Position numbers and translations under genes: made by a program. Source: Macrostomum lignano (taxonomy: Eukaryota). From it: a DNA stretch of 64,000 nucleotides. The stretch lies in the NCBI GenBank assembly GCA_002269645.1, contig NIVC01002383.1, forward strand, positions 1 to 64,000, read 5' to 3'. Shown one piece after another: positions 40,801 through 53,415 of this stretch; position 1 is the stretch's first letter; the number at the start of each line of letters is the position of its first letter. Below the pieces are notes generated by a model that saw only the letters and a program-made list of their open reading frames with translations, searched no databases and had not been told where the DNA came from.

Positions 40801-43800
40801 AATTGAATCAATTCATTGCGCAACCGATTTCACAGTCAGTATCAGTCTCAGTTAAATTTAACCAAAAGATTGCGCAATTTAAATCAACCCTCCAGTACAC
40901 AGAGACCGACCCCTTTTCAATACGCTGTGGCAGTTAGAAATTGAACCCCCATCTGTTGGGGGCATTGAACCAAAAAATGAGTACAATCTTTGCATAAAGC
41001 TAAAAGTATGGAAATAGTTTTTTTGATGCTGCTCTTTTAGTCTTTATATTGAAAGCTAACAATTTATATCCTCGAACTCAGCATTGCAAGATCTTTTCAG
41101 CAGTATAAGTCTCTTCTCTTAAAGTTTAGAACTCGAAGAGCAGTTAGCGTTTGAAAGTTTCCGTTTTAAAGCATTAAAATATCGAGTGTACGTTCACTGC
41201 CTGCCAAAGAGGCTCGCAAGTTGATTCATTCATTACACAGGCTGGCTATTACACAGGGCAGCGTATTGAAAGGCACAGATAATAAAACAAATTGATGGTG
41301 CAACCGATTTCACAGTCAGTCAGTATCAGTCTCAGTTAAAGTTAACAAAAACATTGCGCAATCTAAATCAACCCTCCAATACACAGCAGCAGTGAGAAGT
41401 TGAACCCTCCCCCCAACTTTATCTATTACGTCTCGCAAAACTGAGCACAATTTTTGCAGAAAGTTAAAAGCATGGAAATAGTTTTTTCAATGCTGGCTTT
41501 TTCTTTACACATTTAAAGCAAACAACTTATATCCCCGAACTCAGCGTTGCAAGATCTTTCCAGCAATATAAGTTTCTCCTCTGAAAGTTTAAAACTCGAG
41601 GAACAGTTAGCGTTTGAATTTACCAATTTCCCGACTACTTGCTAGAGAAGCTCGCAAGTTTATTCATTGAATTTCACTGCCAAACTAATACACAGGGCCG
41701 ATAATAAAAAATGAACCAATTGAATCAATTGATTGTGCAATATATTTCTGTGTTAGTCAGTATCAGTCTCAGTTAAAGTTAACAAACAGATTGCGCAATC
41801 TAAATCAACCCTCAAATACACACCGACCGACCTCCTAACTGTTGGGGGGTCGGTCGAACGCCATTGAAATCCTAAAATGAGTACAATCTTTGCAGAAAGT
41901 TTAAAGTATGGAAATAGTTTTTGCAATGCAGAGCTTTTAGTTTTCATATTTGAAGCAAACAATTTATATCCCTGAAATCAGCTTTGCAAGTTCTTTCCAG
42001 CAATATAAATTTTTTCTCTCAAAGTTAAAAACTCGAGCAACAGTTTGCGTTTGAAACTTTCTGATTTAAAGCATTGAAATATCGATTGTACGTTCACTGC
42101 CTGCTAAAGAGGCCCGCAAGTTTATGCATTGAATTTCAAGGTTCAACAAAATCACAGGGCTGCCTATTGAAAATTAGAACACAAATCTTTGCGCAATTGT
42201 CTATACAGTCAGCCAGTGAGCCAGGGTCCGATTGTACACAGGCAGCCATTTAGAACGCCCCATCCCCCCACTGGAGAGAAAATACACTGCAGAGATAGGG
42301 AAAAGTTGTGGCGCAATCACTTGAAATTCATGCAAATTTTCAGCTCCAAGCAGAAAGAGGGGACAATTAAGATTATCAAAGGTCAAGACCGCCGTTTTCT
42401 GCTTTTTTGAGGATCTTAGAAATTAAAATTTCAGAATTAAAATAGCCTATAGCCGACCTCGGATAATTTCCAATCTTCCCATATAAGTTTCAACGCTGAG
42501 TTGCACTATTCAAGGAGGAGTTGTCGAAATGACACACACACAGACAGACAGACAAACAACGCGTCAACTTTAGTATATACGAGTGGAACTCCTCCTTCGG
42601 AGGAGAAAGGGGAAGAACTCCCATCACCGGAATTCTATTCCCTGAAATATCCATCAACTGAAATTCCATGTCTTTAACCCTATCTTCCAAATCGTCTCCA
42701 AATTCTTTACAAAATCTTTCAAAGACCATAGCTCAAAGACTCTCAAGTCTCTCATATCTCCTCTCTCCTCTCTCTCATCTCATCTCTACCCCTGCTCCCT
42801 TATTTATCTCTTCTCCCTCGTCTTTCGTCTGTACCTTCTCCTGTCTTCTGTCTCCTCTCTTCACTCTTATCTCTCCCTCTTCTCTCCTCTCTCATATGTC
42901 ATCTCTACTCACTTATCTATCGTCTCTCTTAACCCTCTCTCTCTCTTCTCTTTTCTCTTCTCTCTGCTCTCATTTCTCATATTTCATATACGCTCTGACA
43001 CTACTTTCTTGTCTCCCATCTTTCTTCCTCCTTTTCACTATCCCCTGTCTCTTCTCTTCTCTCTTTTCTATTCTCTCCATTCTCTCTTTTCTCCTTTCCT
43101 TGCTCCTTTCATCTCTCTCCTCTCTCCTCACTCTCTTCTCCTTTCGCTTCTCTCTCCTCTCTCTCCTCTCATCTTTACTACCTTATTTATATCTTCTCCC
43201 TAGTCTTTCGTCTGTACTCTCTCCTGTCTCCTCTCTCCCCTCCTCTCTCATCCCTCATCTCCTCATCTCACTCTTTCTTTCTCCTCTACTCTCCCCTCTC
43301 TTCTATTGCCTCTGTACGCTCTTATCCCTCATCTATTCTCTCTCCTATCATCTCCAATCTGTCATGTCTAATCTCTCCACTCAATTATACTCTGTTTTCT
43401 ATCATCTCTTCTCTCTTCTCTTTTCAGTCTTCTCTTTACTCTCTTCTCTGACTGATTGAAGATGCCAAATCCATCAAGATCCTCTCCGCGAAGCAAAAAT
43501 CCTGTCTGTGCAACTAAAAACCATCGAAATCCTCTCAGTGAAACTGGACTCCTTCGAAATCCTCTCCTTGAAACTTAAATCCATCAAAATTGTTTCCATA
43601 AAACAGAAATCAATCATAAATTATCTCCGCGAAACAGAAAGCCTCTCCGTGAAGCTGAACATGATCGAAATCCTCTCCGTGAAACTGAACACCATGGAAA
43701 TCCTTTCGTGAAACTGAACATCATCGAAATCCTCTCCACGAAACAGAAATCTTCTCCGTCAGAATTTAAACATTGAAATCGTCTCCGCTAAACTTGACTT

Positions 43801-46800
43801 AATCGAATTTTTTCCGTCAAACAACTCAACTCGCCAGATTCATTAGGGTTAGGGTTAGGGTTAGGGTTAGGGTTAGAACTACGCACAGCTTCGTGTTAAA
43901 AGGCACAGATAAAAATATTGAACTAATTGAATCAATTCATTGCGCAACCGATTTCACAGTCAGTCAGTATCAGCCTCAGGTAAAGTTAACAAAAACATTG
44001 CGCAATCTAAATCAACCCTCCAATACACAGCAGCAGTGAGAAGTTGAACCCTCCCCCCAACTTTATCTATTACGTCTTGCAAAACTGAGTACAATATTTG
44101 CAAAAGTTAAAAGTATGGAAATAGTTTTTCAAATGCTGTGCTTTTTCTTTTCATATTTAAAGCAAACAACTTATATCCCCGAACTCAGCGTTGCAAGATC
44201 TTGCCAGCAATATAAGTTTCTCCTCTCAAAGTTTAAAACTCGAGGAACAGTTAGCGTTTGAAACTGTCTGATTTATAGCATTGAAGTATCGAGTGTACGT
44301 TCACTGCCTGCTTGCAAGTTGATGCATTGAATTTCAATGTCCAACAAATACACAGGACTGCCCATTGAAAGGCAGGAAAACTTATCAGTAGCCATATCAT
44401 TGCGCAATTATCTATAAGTCAGCCAGTGAGCCAGGGTCCAAGTGTACACACGCAGCCACTGAGAACGCTCCCACCCCCCACTGGAGAGAAAATACACTAC
44501 AGAGATAGGGAAAAGTTGTGGCGCAATCACAAAAAATTCATGCATTTTTCAGCTCCAAGCAGAAAGAGGGGACAATTAAGATTATCAAAGGTCAAGATTC
44601 AAGTTTTCTGCTTTTTTGAGGATCTTAGAAATTAAAATTTCAGAATTAAAATAGCCTATAGCCGACCTCGGATAATTTCCAATCTTCCCATATAAGTTTC
44701 AACGCTGAGTTGGCACTATTCAAGGGGGAGTTGTCGAAACGACACACACACACACAGACAGACAAACAACACGTCAACTTTAGTATATACGAGTGGAACT
44801 CCTCCTTCGGAGGAGAAAGGGGAAGAACTCCCATCACCGGAATTCCATTCCCTGAAATATCCATCAACTGAAATTCTATGTTTTGAACCCTATCTTCCAA
44901 ATGGTCTCCAAATTCTTTACAAAACTTTTCAAAGACCTTTTCAAAGACCTTTACAAAACTTTTCTCCCTCTCTTGACTCTCTTCTCTCTCCTCTCTCTCA
45001 TCTCATCTCTACCCCTACTCCCTTATTTATCTCTTCTCCCTCGTCTTTCGTCTGTACCCTCTCCTGTCTCTTGTCCCGTCTCTTCTCTCTTATCTCTCCC
45101 TCTTCTCTCCTCTCTCATATGTCATCTCTACTCACTTATCTATCGTCTCTCTTAACCCTCTCTCTCTTCTCTTTTTTCTTCTCTCTGCTCTCATTTCTCA
45201 TATCTCATATACGCTCTCACACTCTACTTTCTTGTCTCCCATCTTTCTTTCCTCCTTACCACTATCCCCTGTCTCTTCTCTTCTCTCTTTTTTATTCTCT
45301 CCATTCTCTCTTTTCTCCTCTCCCTGCTCCTTTCATCTTCTCCCCGCTCTTCTCTAATCTCTAATCTCTTCTCTCTTATGTTCTCACTCATCTCTTCTCA
45401 TCGCATCTTTCATCTCTCCTCTCTCCTCTCTCTCTTCTCCTTTCGCTTCTCTCTCCTCTCTCTCTCCTCTCATCTCTACTACCTTATTTATATCTTCTCC
45501 CTGGTATTTCGTCTGTACTCGCTCCTGTCTCCTTTCTCCCCTCTTTTCTCCTCTCTTCTCTCTTCTTTCCTCTCTCATCTCTCATCCCTCATCTCACTCT
45601 TTCTTTCTCCTCGACTCTCCCCTCTCTTCTATTTCCTCTGTTCGCTCTTATCTCTCATCTATTCTCTCTCCTATTATCTCTCTTGTCTCCCTCTGCTATC
45701 TCATATCTCCCCTCTCATCTCCTCTCTCCTCTTCTCTTCTCTCTCCTTCGTTCCCGCCTTACTTCCCTCTTCTCTCCCATCTGTCATGTCTAATTTCTCC
45801 ACTCATTTCTCCTCTGTTTTCTACCCACTCATCTCTCTTCTTTTTTCATTCTTCTCTTTACTCTCTTCTCTGACTGATTGAAGATGCCAAATCCATCAAG
45901 ATCCTCTCCGCGAAGCAGTCTGTGCAACTGAAAACCATCGAAATCCTCTCCGTGAAACTGAAGACCATCGAAATCCTCTCCGCGAAACAGAAATCCTCTC
46001 CGTGAAACTGAAAACCATCGAAATTCTCTCTTTAAAACTGGACTCAATCGAAATTTTCTCCGTCAAAAAGAATAAAATATCAGAATTCATTGGTTAGGGT
46101 TAGGGTTAGGGTTAGGGTTAGGGTTAAAGCTACACACATCTGCGTGTCCAAATAAAAAAATTGAACCAATTGAATCAATTGATTGCGCAACTGATTTCTC
46201 AGTCAGTCAGTATCAGTCTCAGTTAAAGTTAACAAAAAGATTGCGCAATCTAAATCAACCCTCCAGTACACAGAGACTGACCCCTTTTCAATACGCAGTG
46301 GCAGTTAGAAATTGAACCCCCAACTGTTGGGGGCATTGAACTAAAAATGAGTACAATCTTTGCAGAAAGTTAAAAGTATGAAAGTTTTTCAAATGCTGTG
46401 TTTTTCTTTCATATTTAAAGCAAACAACTTATATCCCGAACTCAGCGTTGCAAGTTCTTTCCAGCAATATAAATTTTTTCTCTCAAAGTTAAAAACTCGA
46501 GCAACAGTTTGCGTTTGAAACTTTCTGATTTAAAGCATTAAAATATCAATTGTACGTTCACTGCCTGCTAAAGAGGCCCGCAAGTTTATGCATTGAATTT
46601 CAAGGTTCAACAAAATCACAGGGCTGCCTATTGAAAATTAGAACACAAATCTTTGCGCAATTGTCTATAAAGTCAGCCGGTGAGCCAGGGTCCGATTGTA
46701 CACAGGCAGCCATTTAGAACGCCCCATCCCCCCACTGGAGAGAAAATACACTGCAGAGATAGGGAAAAGTTGTGGCGCAATCACTTGAAATTCATGCAAA

Positions 46801-49679
46801 TTTTCAGCTCCAAGCAGAAAGAGGGGACAATTAAGATTATCAAAGTCAAGACCGCCGTTTTCTGCTTTTTTGAGGATCTTAGAAATTAAAATTTCAGAAT
46901 TAAAATAGCCTATAGCCGACCTCGGATAATTTCCAATCTTCCCATATAAGTTTCAACGCTGAGTTGCCACTATTCAAGGAGGAGTTGTCGAAATGACAGA
47001 CAGACAAACAACGCGTCAACTTTAGTATATAAGTGGAACTCCTCCTCTGGAGGAGAAATGGGAAGAACTCCCATCACCGGAATTCTGAAGGGGAAGAACT
47101 CCCATCACCGGAATTCTGAAGGGGAAGAACTCCTATCAGCTGAAATTCAATGAATTGAATCCCATCTTCCAAATCATCTCCAAATCCTCTACAATCTATC
47201 AACTCCCATCTCTCAACTCTTGCGGCCTGCGCTCTGATTTTTATTCTTACTCTCTTCTTTCTCCTCACTAATTACTTCTCTCTGCACTTTTATCTCTCTC
47301 ATCTCTATCTTCCATCTCTCTTCTCCCTCCTCTCTCCCCTGCTCTCTCATCCCTCATCTCCTCATCTCACTCTTTCTTTCTCCTCTACTCTCCCTTCTCT
47401 TCTATTGCCTCTGTACGCTCTTATCCCTCATTTATTCTCTCTCCTATCATCTCCAATCTGTCATGTCTAATCTCTCCACTCAATTATACTCTGTTTTCTA
47501 TCATCTCTTCTCTCTTCTCTTCTCAGTCTTCTCTTTACTCTCTTCTCTGACTGATTGAAGATGCCAAATCCATCAAGATCCTCTCCGCGAAGCAAAAATC
47601 CTGTCTGTGCAACTAAAAACCATCGAAATCCTCTCAGTGAAACTGGACTCCTTCGAAATCCTCTCCTTGAAACTTAAATCCATCAAAATTGTTTCCATAA
47701 AACAGAAATCAATCATAAATTATCTCCGCGAAACAGAAAGCCTCTCCGTGAAGCTGAACATGATCAAAATCCTCTCCGTGAAACTGAACACCATGGAAAT
47801 CCTTTCGTGAAACTGAACATCATCGAAATCCTCTCCACGAAACAGAAATCTTCTCCGTCAGAATTTAAACATTGAAATCGTCTCCGCTAAACTTGACTTA
47901 ATCGAATTTTTTCCGTCAAACAACTCAACTCGCCAGATTCATTAGGGTTAGGGTTAGGGTTAGGGTTAGGGTTAGAACTACGCACAGCTTCGTGTTAAAA
48001 GGCACTGATAAAAATATTGAACTAATTGAATCAAATCATTGCGCAACCGATTTCACAGTCAGTCAGTATCAGTCTCAGTTAAAGTTAACAAAAACATTGC
48101 GCAATCTAAATCAACCCTCCAATACACAGCAGCAGTGAGAAGTTGAACCCTCCCCAACTTTATCTATTACGTCTCGCAAAACTGAGTACAATTTTTGCAG
48201 AAAGTTAAAAGTATGGAAATAGTTTTTTAAATGCGGTGCTTTTTCTTTTCATATTTAAAGCAAACAACTTATATCCCTAAACTCAGTGTTGCAAGATCTT
48301 TCCAGCAATATAAGTCTCTCCTCTCAAAGTTTAAAACTCAAGGAGCAGTTAGCGTTTGAAATTTACCGATTTCCTGACTGCTTGCCTGTGAGGCTCGCAA
48401 TTTTGTACATTGAATTTCACTGCCAAGCTAATACACAGGGCCGATAATAAAAAAGCTAACCAATTGAATCAATTGATTGCGCAATATATTTCTGTGTTAG
48501 TCAGTATAAGTCTCAGTTAAAGTTAACACAAAGTTTGCGCAATCTAATCAACCCTCCAATACAAAGCAACTGACCCCTTCCTATACACAGCGCCAGTTAG
48601 AAGTCGAAACCCCCAACTTTATCTCTCACCTCTCGCCAAAATGAGTACAATCTTTGCAGAAAGTTTAAAGTATGGAAATAGTTTTTGCAATGCAGAGCTT
48701 TTAGTTTTCATATTTGAAGCAAACAATTTATATCCCTGAAATCAGCTTTGCAAGTTCTTTCCAGCAATATAAATTTTTTCTCTCAAAGTTAAAACTCGAG
48801 CAACAGTTTGCGTTTGAAACTTTCTGATTTAAAGCATTAAAATATCAATTGTACGTTCACTGCCTGCTAAAGAGGCCGCAAGTTTATGCATTGAATTTCA
48901 AGGTTCAACAAAATCACAGGGCTGCCTATTGAAAATTAGAACACAAATCTTTGCGCAATTGTCTATACAGTCAGCCAGTGAGCCAGGGTCCGATTGTACA
49001 CAGGCAGCCATTTAGAACGCCCCATCCCCCACTGGAGAGAAAATACACTGCAGAGATAGGGAAAAGTTGTGGCGCAATCACTTGAAATTCATGCAAATTT
49101 TCAGCTCCAAGCAGAAAGAGGGACAATTAAGATTATCAAAGGTCAAGACCGCCTTTTCTGCTTTTTTGAGGATCTTAGAAATTAAAATTTCAGAATTAAA
49201 TAGCCTATAGCCGACTCGGATAATTTCCAATCTTCCCATATAAGTTTCAACGCTGAGTTGCCACTATTCAAGAGGAGTTGTCGAAATGACACAACAACAC
49301 AGACAGACAGACAAACAACACGTCAACTTTAGATATACGAGTGGAACTCCTCCTTCGGAGGAGAAAGGGGAAGAACTCCCATCACCGGAATTCCATTCCC
49401 TGAAATATCCATCAACTGAAATTCATGTGTTTTGAACCCTATTCCAAATGCGGTCTCAAATCTTTACAAAACTTTCAAAGACCTTTTCAAAGACCTTTAC
49501 AAAACTTTCTCCCTCTCTTGACTCTCTTCTCTCTCCTCTCTCTCATCTCATCTCTACCCCTACTCCCTTATTTATCTCTTCTCCCCTCGTCTTTCGTCTA
49601 CCCTCTCCTGTCTCCTTGTCCGTCTTCTTCTCTCTTATCTCTCCCTCTTCTCTCCTCTCTCATATGTCATCTCTACTCA
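16817..49679 (-). mobile_element. Seventeen complete plus one partial head-to-tail non-autonomous Helitron units
   Basis: Unit low-coordinate ends at about 16817, 18057, 19923, 21151, 23360, 26480, 29353, 30592, 31819, 33683, 35806, 37038, 38234, 39457, 42580, 44790, 47032, 49338. Size classes ~1.2, ~1.87, ~2.1-2.3 and ~2.9-3.1 kb, all with the same termini. Confidence 0.82.
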
Positions 49680-50329
49680 NNNNNNNNNNNNNNNNNNNNN
49701 NNNNNNNNNNNNNNNNNNNNNNNNNNNNNNNNNNNNNNNNNNNNNNNNNNNNNNNNNNNNNNNNNNNNNNNNNNNNNNNNNNNNNNNNNNNNNNNNNNNN
49801 NNNNNNNNNNNNNNNNNNNNNNNNNNNNNNNNNNNNNNNNNNNNNNNNNNNNNNNNNNNNNNNNNNNNNNNNNNNNNNNNNNNNNNNNNNNNNNNNNNNN
49901 NNNNNNNNNNNNNNNNNNNNNNNNNNNNNNNNNNNNNNNNNNNNNNNNNNNNNNNNNNNNNNNNNNNNNNNNNNNNNNNNNNNNNNNNNNNNNNNNNNNN
50001 NNNNNNNNNNNNNNNNNNNNNNNNNNNNNNNNNNNNNNNNNNNNNNNNNNNNNNNNNNNNNNNNNNNNNNNNNNNNNNNNNNNNNNNNNNNNNNNNNNNN
50101 NNNNNNNNNNNNNNNNNNNNNNNNNNNNNNNNNNNNNNNNNNNNNNNNNNNNNNNNNNNNNNNNNNNNNNNNNNNNNNNNNNNNNNNNNNNNNNNNNNNN
50201 NNNNNNNNNNNNNNNNNNNNNNNNNNNNNNNNNNNNNNNNNNNNNNNNNNNNNNNNNNNNNNNNNNNNNNNNNNNNNNNNNNNNNNNNNNNNNNNNNNNN
50301 NNNNNNNNNNNNNNNNNNNNNNNNNNNNN
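49680..50329. other. Assembly gap (650 N)
   Basis: Run of N. Confidence 1.
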
Positions 50330-51489
50330 AAATCCGCCGTAACGGAATATGTTTCAACGCGTATTGAAACAAATGTTTACTGCTTTAAAAAATGAAATTG
50401 ACATCAATGTTAAAAACTTGAATTAAAATACTATATTTTTTTTAAGTTTTTTTCGTTTATATTTTTGGTAGAAACAAGCACTATAAAATATAGGCGAATA
50501 TTAAAATAAACCACGGTTCGATTTGGTGCTCAGCTCGATCTATCATCTATCGTTTGTATGTGATAATGTGACGATAACGATATGAAGTAAGAACTCTTTC
50601 AAATGTGATAAAAATAATTAATTAATATGTAGAATGAATAAACAAAGAAACTAGTAGACATTTATAAATGTTTCGTTCTAATTTTTACACTTGATAAAGG
50701 CAGTAGTACTTTAAATACAATTATTAAGTTAACTAAAATTACTTTGAACTAAAAAATATTGTGTTAAATTAATTAATTAACTAATAGCAATTCAAATAAT
50801 TGTTATAATTAACGCAAAAAATCGTAAAAAGTTTAAGCTAGGTCCTTAAACATGGGTTTTGAATATTACATGTGAAATAAAAATATTGAAATAAAAATAT
50901 AAGATACATGTAATTTATAAGACTATGACGTTACTTCTCTAGAAGAATACATGTAATTGTCGTAAAAATTCTATCATTAGCTTGATACAGTAAATACTTA
51001 AATTAATCCAATCGTATTGTAGTGTACTTTGAATGATTAATAATTGTGATTTCTCGCAGACATTATTACAAATCTAATTGATCAAATACATGTAAATATG
51101 TTGCAAAATTAGATGTAGTCCTTAGCTTGCATGTGATCAGGTGCATCAGCGCGTCGCTATGGATTTTATGGTTAGGGACAAAGTAAAGAATTCTAAATGA
51201 CGATATTCCTATATATATTATTTTGGATATCGGTGTTGTTAACACTCAATTTTGTTGCCAAACAAACACTCATTTTGTTCGCTTTTTCATAGCTTTTACT
51301 CAGGCCAGGGGGACATATGCACAGTTGTCCCGATGTCGGCCCCTGTCCCCGTGGTGACGCGGGCCCATGCGTGTGATTATGAATTTAAGTACAATTTCGT
51401 AAAATGAAACAATGTACAAGCTGGAAATAATTGCATATGAATTTAGTCTGCACGCGCCAGCATGAACCTCGGAAAAAAGGAAATTAAAG

Positions 51490-51590
51490 GGGTTACAAAC
51501 TCCGAAGGGCCGAGACCTTTCACGACTCTGTGAAAGGTCTCGGCCGTCGTGAAAGGTCTCGGCCTTTACTCGGAATTTGTTAGGGTTTTT
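51490..51590. repeat. Small fold-back / inverted repeat element
   Basis: ggccgagacctttcacgac (51508-51526) is a perfect inverse of gtcgtgaaaggtctcggcc (51546-51564), and also pairs over 16 bp with 51530-51545; imperfect outer arms. Confidence 0.75.
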
Positions 51591-51639
51591 AAAAATTATT
51601 ATGGCATTTGATTCAGTGCTATGTGCAGCACTTCCTTTT

Positions 51640-53030
51640 CTCTACGAACCTGTCGAGTCCCCAGCAGCTAGTTGGTGCCATCATATCGCTGTATGGTGAT
51701 ACGCTGTGGTGACGGCAGACGGGTCTGAAGCTTCTTTTAGGAGTGCTACACAGAGCGACACATCCTAGCGCCGTTCCTCTTCATGCTGCTCCTGGCATGG
51801 ATTATGCAGCTCTTGGAACGCACCCCCCTCAGCAGGCGATGGCTTCCTGCTGTGCAGACACATTGGTCGTCGCCACAACGAGAAGCGCCTGAGCGTTTCT
51901 GGGCTACGCCGACGACCTCACACTCCTGTCCTCAACTGTTGATGGTGCACAGCGCTAGATTAAGGTTGGTCGAGGTGGCATCAAAGCGTCTGCCTATTTG
52001 TCGACGCTGAAGACTAAGGCACTGGCATGACCATCTCAGCGAGCCGATATCCCAGCGGAGCTGACATGCCGCGGCGCAGACAGGCAGACGACCAACCTCG
52101 CGCATGCTGTCAGCGGTTCACCTCGGCGGTTTGGTGCCCAACGTTGAGGACGAAATTCGGCGACGCAGATCTAGATCGAGAGGACTTGCTTGAACGTCGA
52201 CGGCCTACCGGTCGATTCGCGTCATCCTTCAGTCCAAAGCGCTGCCCGATCATCAGAGGGTTCGGCTGTTGAGACTGTCTTGCTTGACAACGCTGAAACG
52301 TGCGTGTTTAAGGGACGCTAGAATTCGCGCGACTGGATTTTGCGCTAATTGTTTTCTGCACGCCAGGATTTTGCGCGAATCGGATGATTTTAGGCGACTT
52401 GAAATTGAATCGACTGCATCATTTCTCGCGACTTACATGCATTTCAAGCGGCTAGATTTCGCACGACTGCAGTATTTCGTCCGACTGGATTTTGCGCGAC
52501 TGAATTTCGCGCAACTGGATTTCGATCGACCGGATTTAAATCCAGTCGCGTGAAATCCAGTCGCTAGAAAGAATTCGCGCGCTTCAATGCCAGATCGCGC
52601 GAAATCCAGTCGTGCGAATTCTAGCGTCCCGATGTTAACGGCCACGCGCTGGAGCAACAGCTAGACAATTGGAGCACTCGGCCCGTGGGGCTGCTCCATG
52701 CGTTCAGGCTGACAAAAGCGTCCCGTCCAAGGACCTGTGCGAGAGGAACGCACAGCTGCAAGACAAAAAAAACATATGTACCATCCCGCGCCGAGACGGC
52801 GACTCCAACTGACAGGCGCTACGTGCAGATCCGGGCTAGCTATTGCCCAAGCCTGTCCAGGACATCCAGCCGCTCACTTTGCGGGAACCGTTCGTCAGCG
52901 GGCTCAAGCGATCGAGGACACGGAGATACGTGGACTAAATCCTGAGCAACGTTGGGGCGCCCGACACCGTCGATCAATGGGCCGGGCAATGGATTCTTCG
53001 CCTGCTAGAGCTTCCACATGCCATCTGACG
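51640..53030 (+). pseudogene. Decayed non-LTR retrotransposon reverse transcriptase fragment (RTE/RTEX-like), frameshifted and interrupted by a MITE
   Basis: Read across frameshifts: QLVGAIISLYGDT, DILAPFLF, LGYADDLTLLSSTVDGAQR (YADD at 51905-51916), KTKAL, and downstream RRRLQLTG. Clade assignment is approximate. Confidence 0.75.
52312..52630. mobile_element. MITE-like element with 34-bp terminal inverted repeats
   Basis: Left gggacgctagaattcgcgcgactggattttgcgc versus reverse complement of the right end gggacgctagaattcgcacgactggatttcgcgc (2 mismatches); internal cgactggattt subrepeats; no clear TSD. Confidence 0.75.
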
Positions 53031-53415
53031 CTCCCTCCCCTGACTACTGGGGGACTGCATATTTTTTTGTTGCTGTTGTTCTATATAATTACCTACGAGT
53101 ATAAGCTGGTTATTTTACAAATTCAACGCTACAAACCTTTGTAGCTACGAAATCGTACAGTTTCTGACGTTTCAACATCACGCTATGCAAGATTGGAGAC
53201 GTGCACTGAAGCAACAGTAAGGTCTGTGAAGCTGATTTTTTACATAAAGACAGATTTCAGAAGGTAAATTTTAGTTTCAAGTCAAAAATCGTTTTACATT
53301 CAATTGTTTTTTGCCAAATCGATATTTTTGTTTTTTTTTCTTATCGGGAACAACAACAACAACAACAACAAAATTCGCGACCCCGCATGCACAGTCACAG
53401 TTAGAGCAGGGCGCG

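Larger units (their letters stand above)
1750..47975 (+). repeat. Twenty dispersed interstitial telomere-type tracts (TTAGGG)2-5, one per non-autonomous unit
   Basis: Tracts start at about 1750, 4367, 6725 (degenerate), 17080, 18974, 20186, 22412, 24621, 27742, 29616, 30855, 32736, 34944, 36069, 37301, 38495, 40719, 43843, 46094, 47942. Confidence 0.95.

Noticed and set aside
2805-45881. Many 100-300-aa Leu/Ser/Phe-rich ORFs and Arg/Glu-rich antisense ORFs
   Set aside because: They are translations of CT-rich tracts, which lack stop codons in all frames; no domain signal.
1750-47975. True telomere or chromosome end
   Set aside because: Tracts are only 2-5 repeats, embedded in both flanks, and genes follow downstream.
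1486-49679. CRISPR-like repeat-spacer array or RNA gene cluster (tRNA, 5S, snRNA, hammerhead ribozyme)
   Set aside because: Eukaryotic context, no constant repeat with unique spacers, and by eye no tRNA/5S/snRNA motifs or CUGANGA..GAAA core. A covariance-model search was not possible.
49425-50395. Long ORFs crossing the gap
   Set aside because: Artefacts of N translation.
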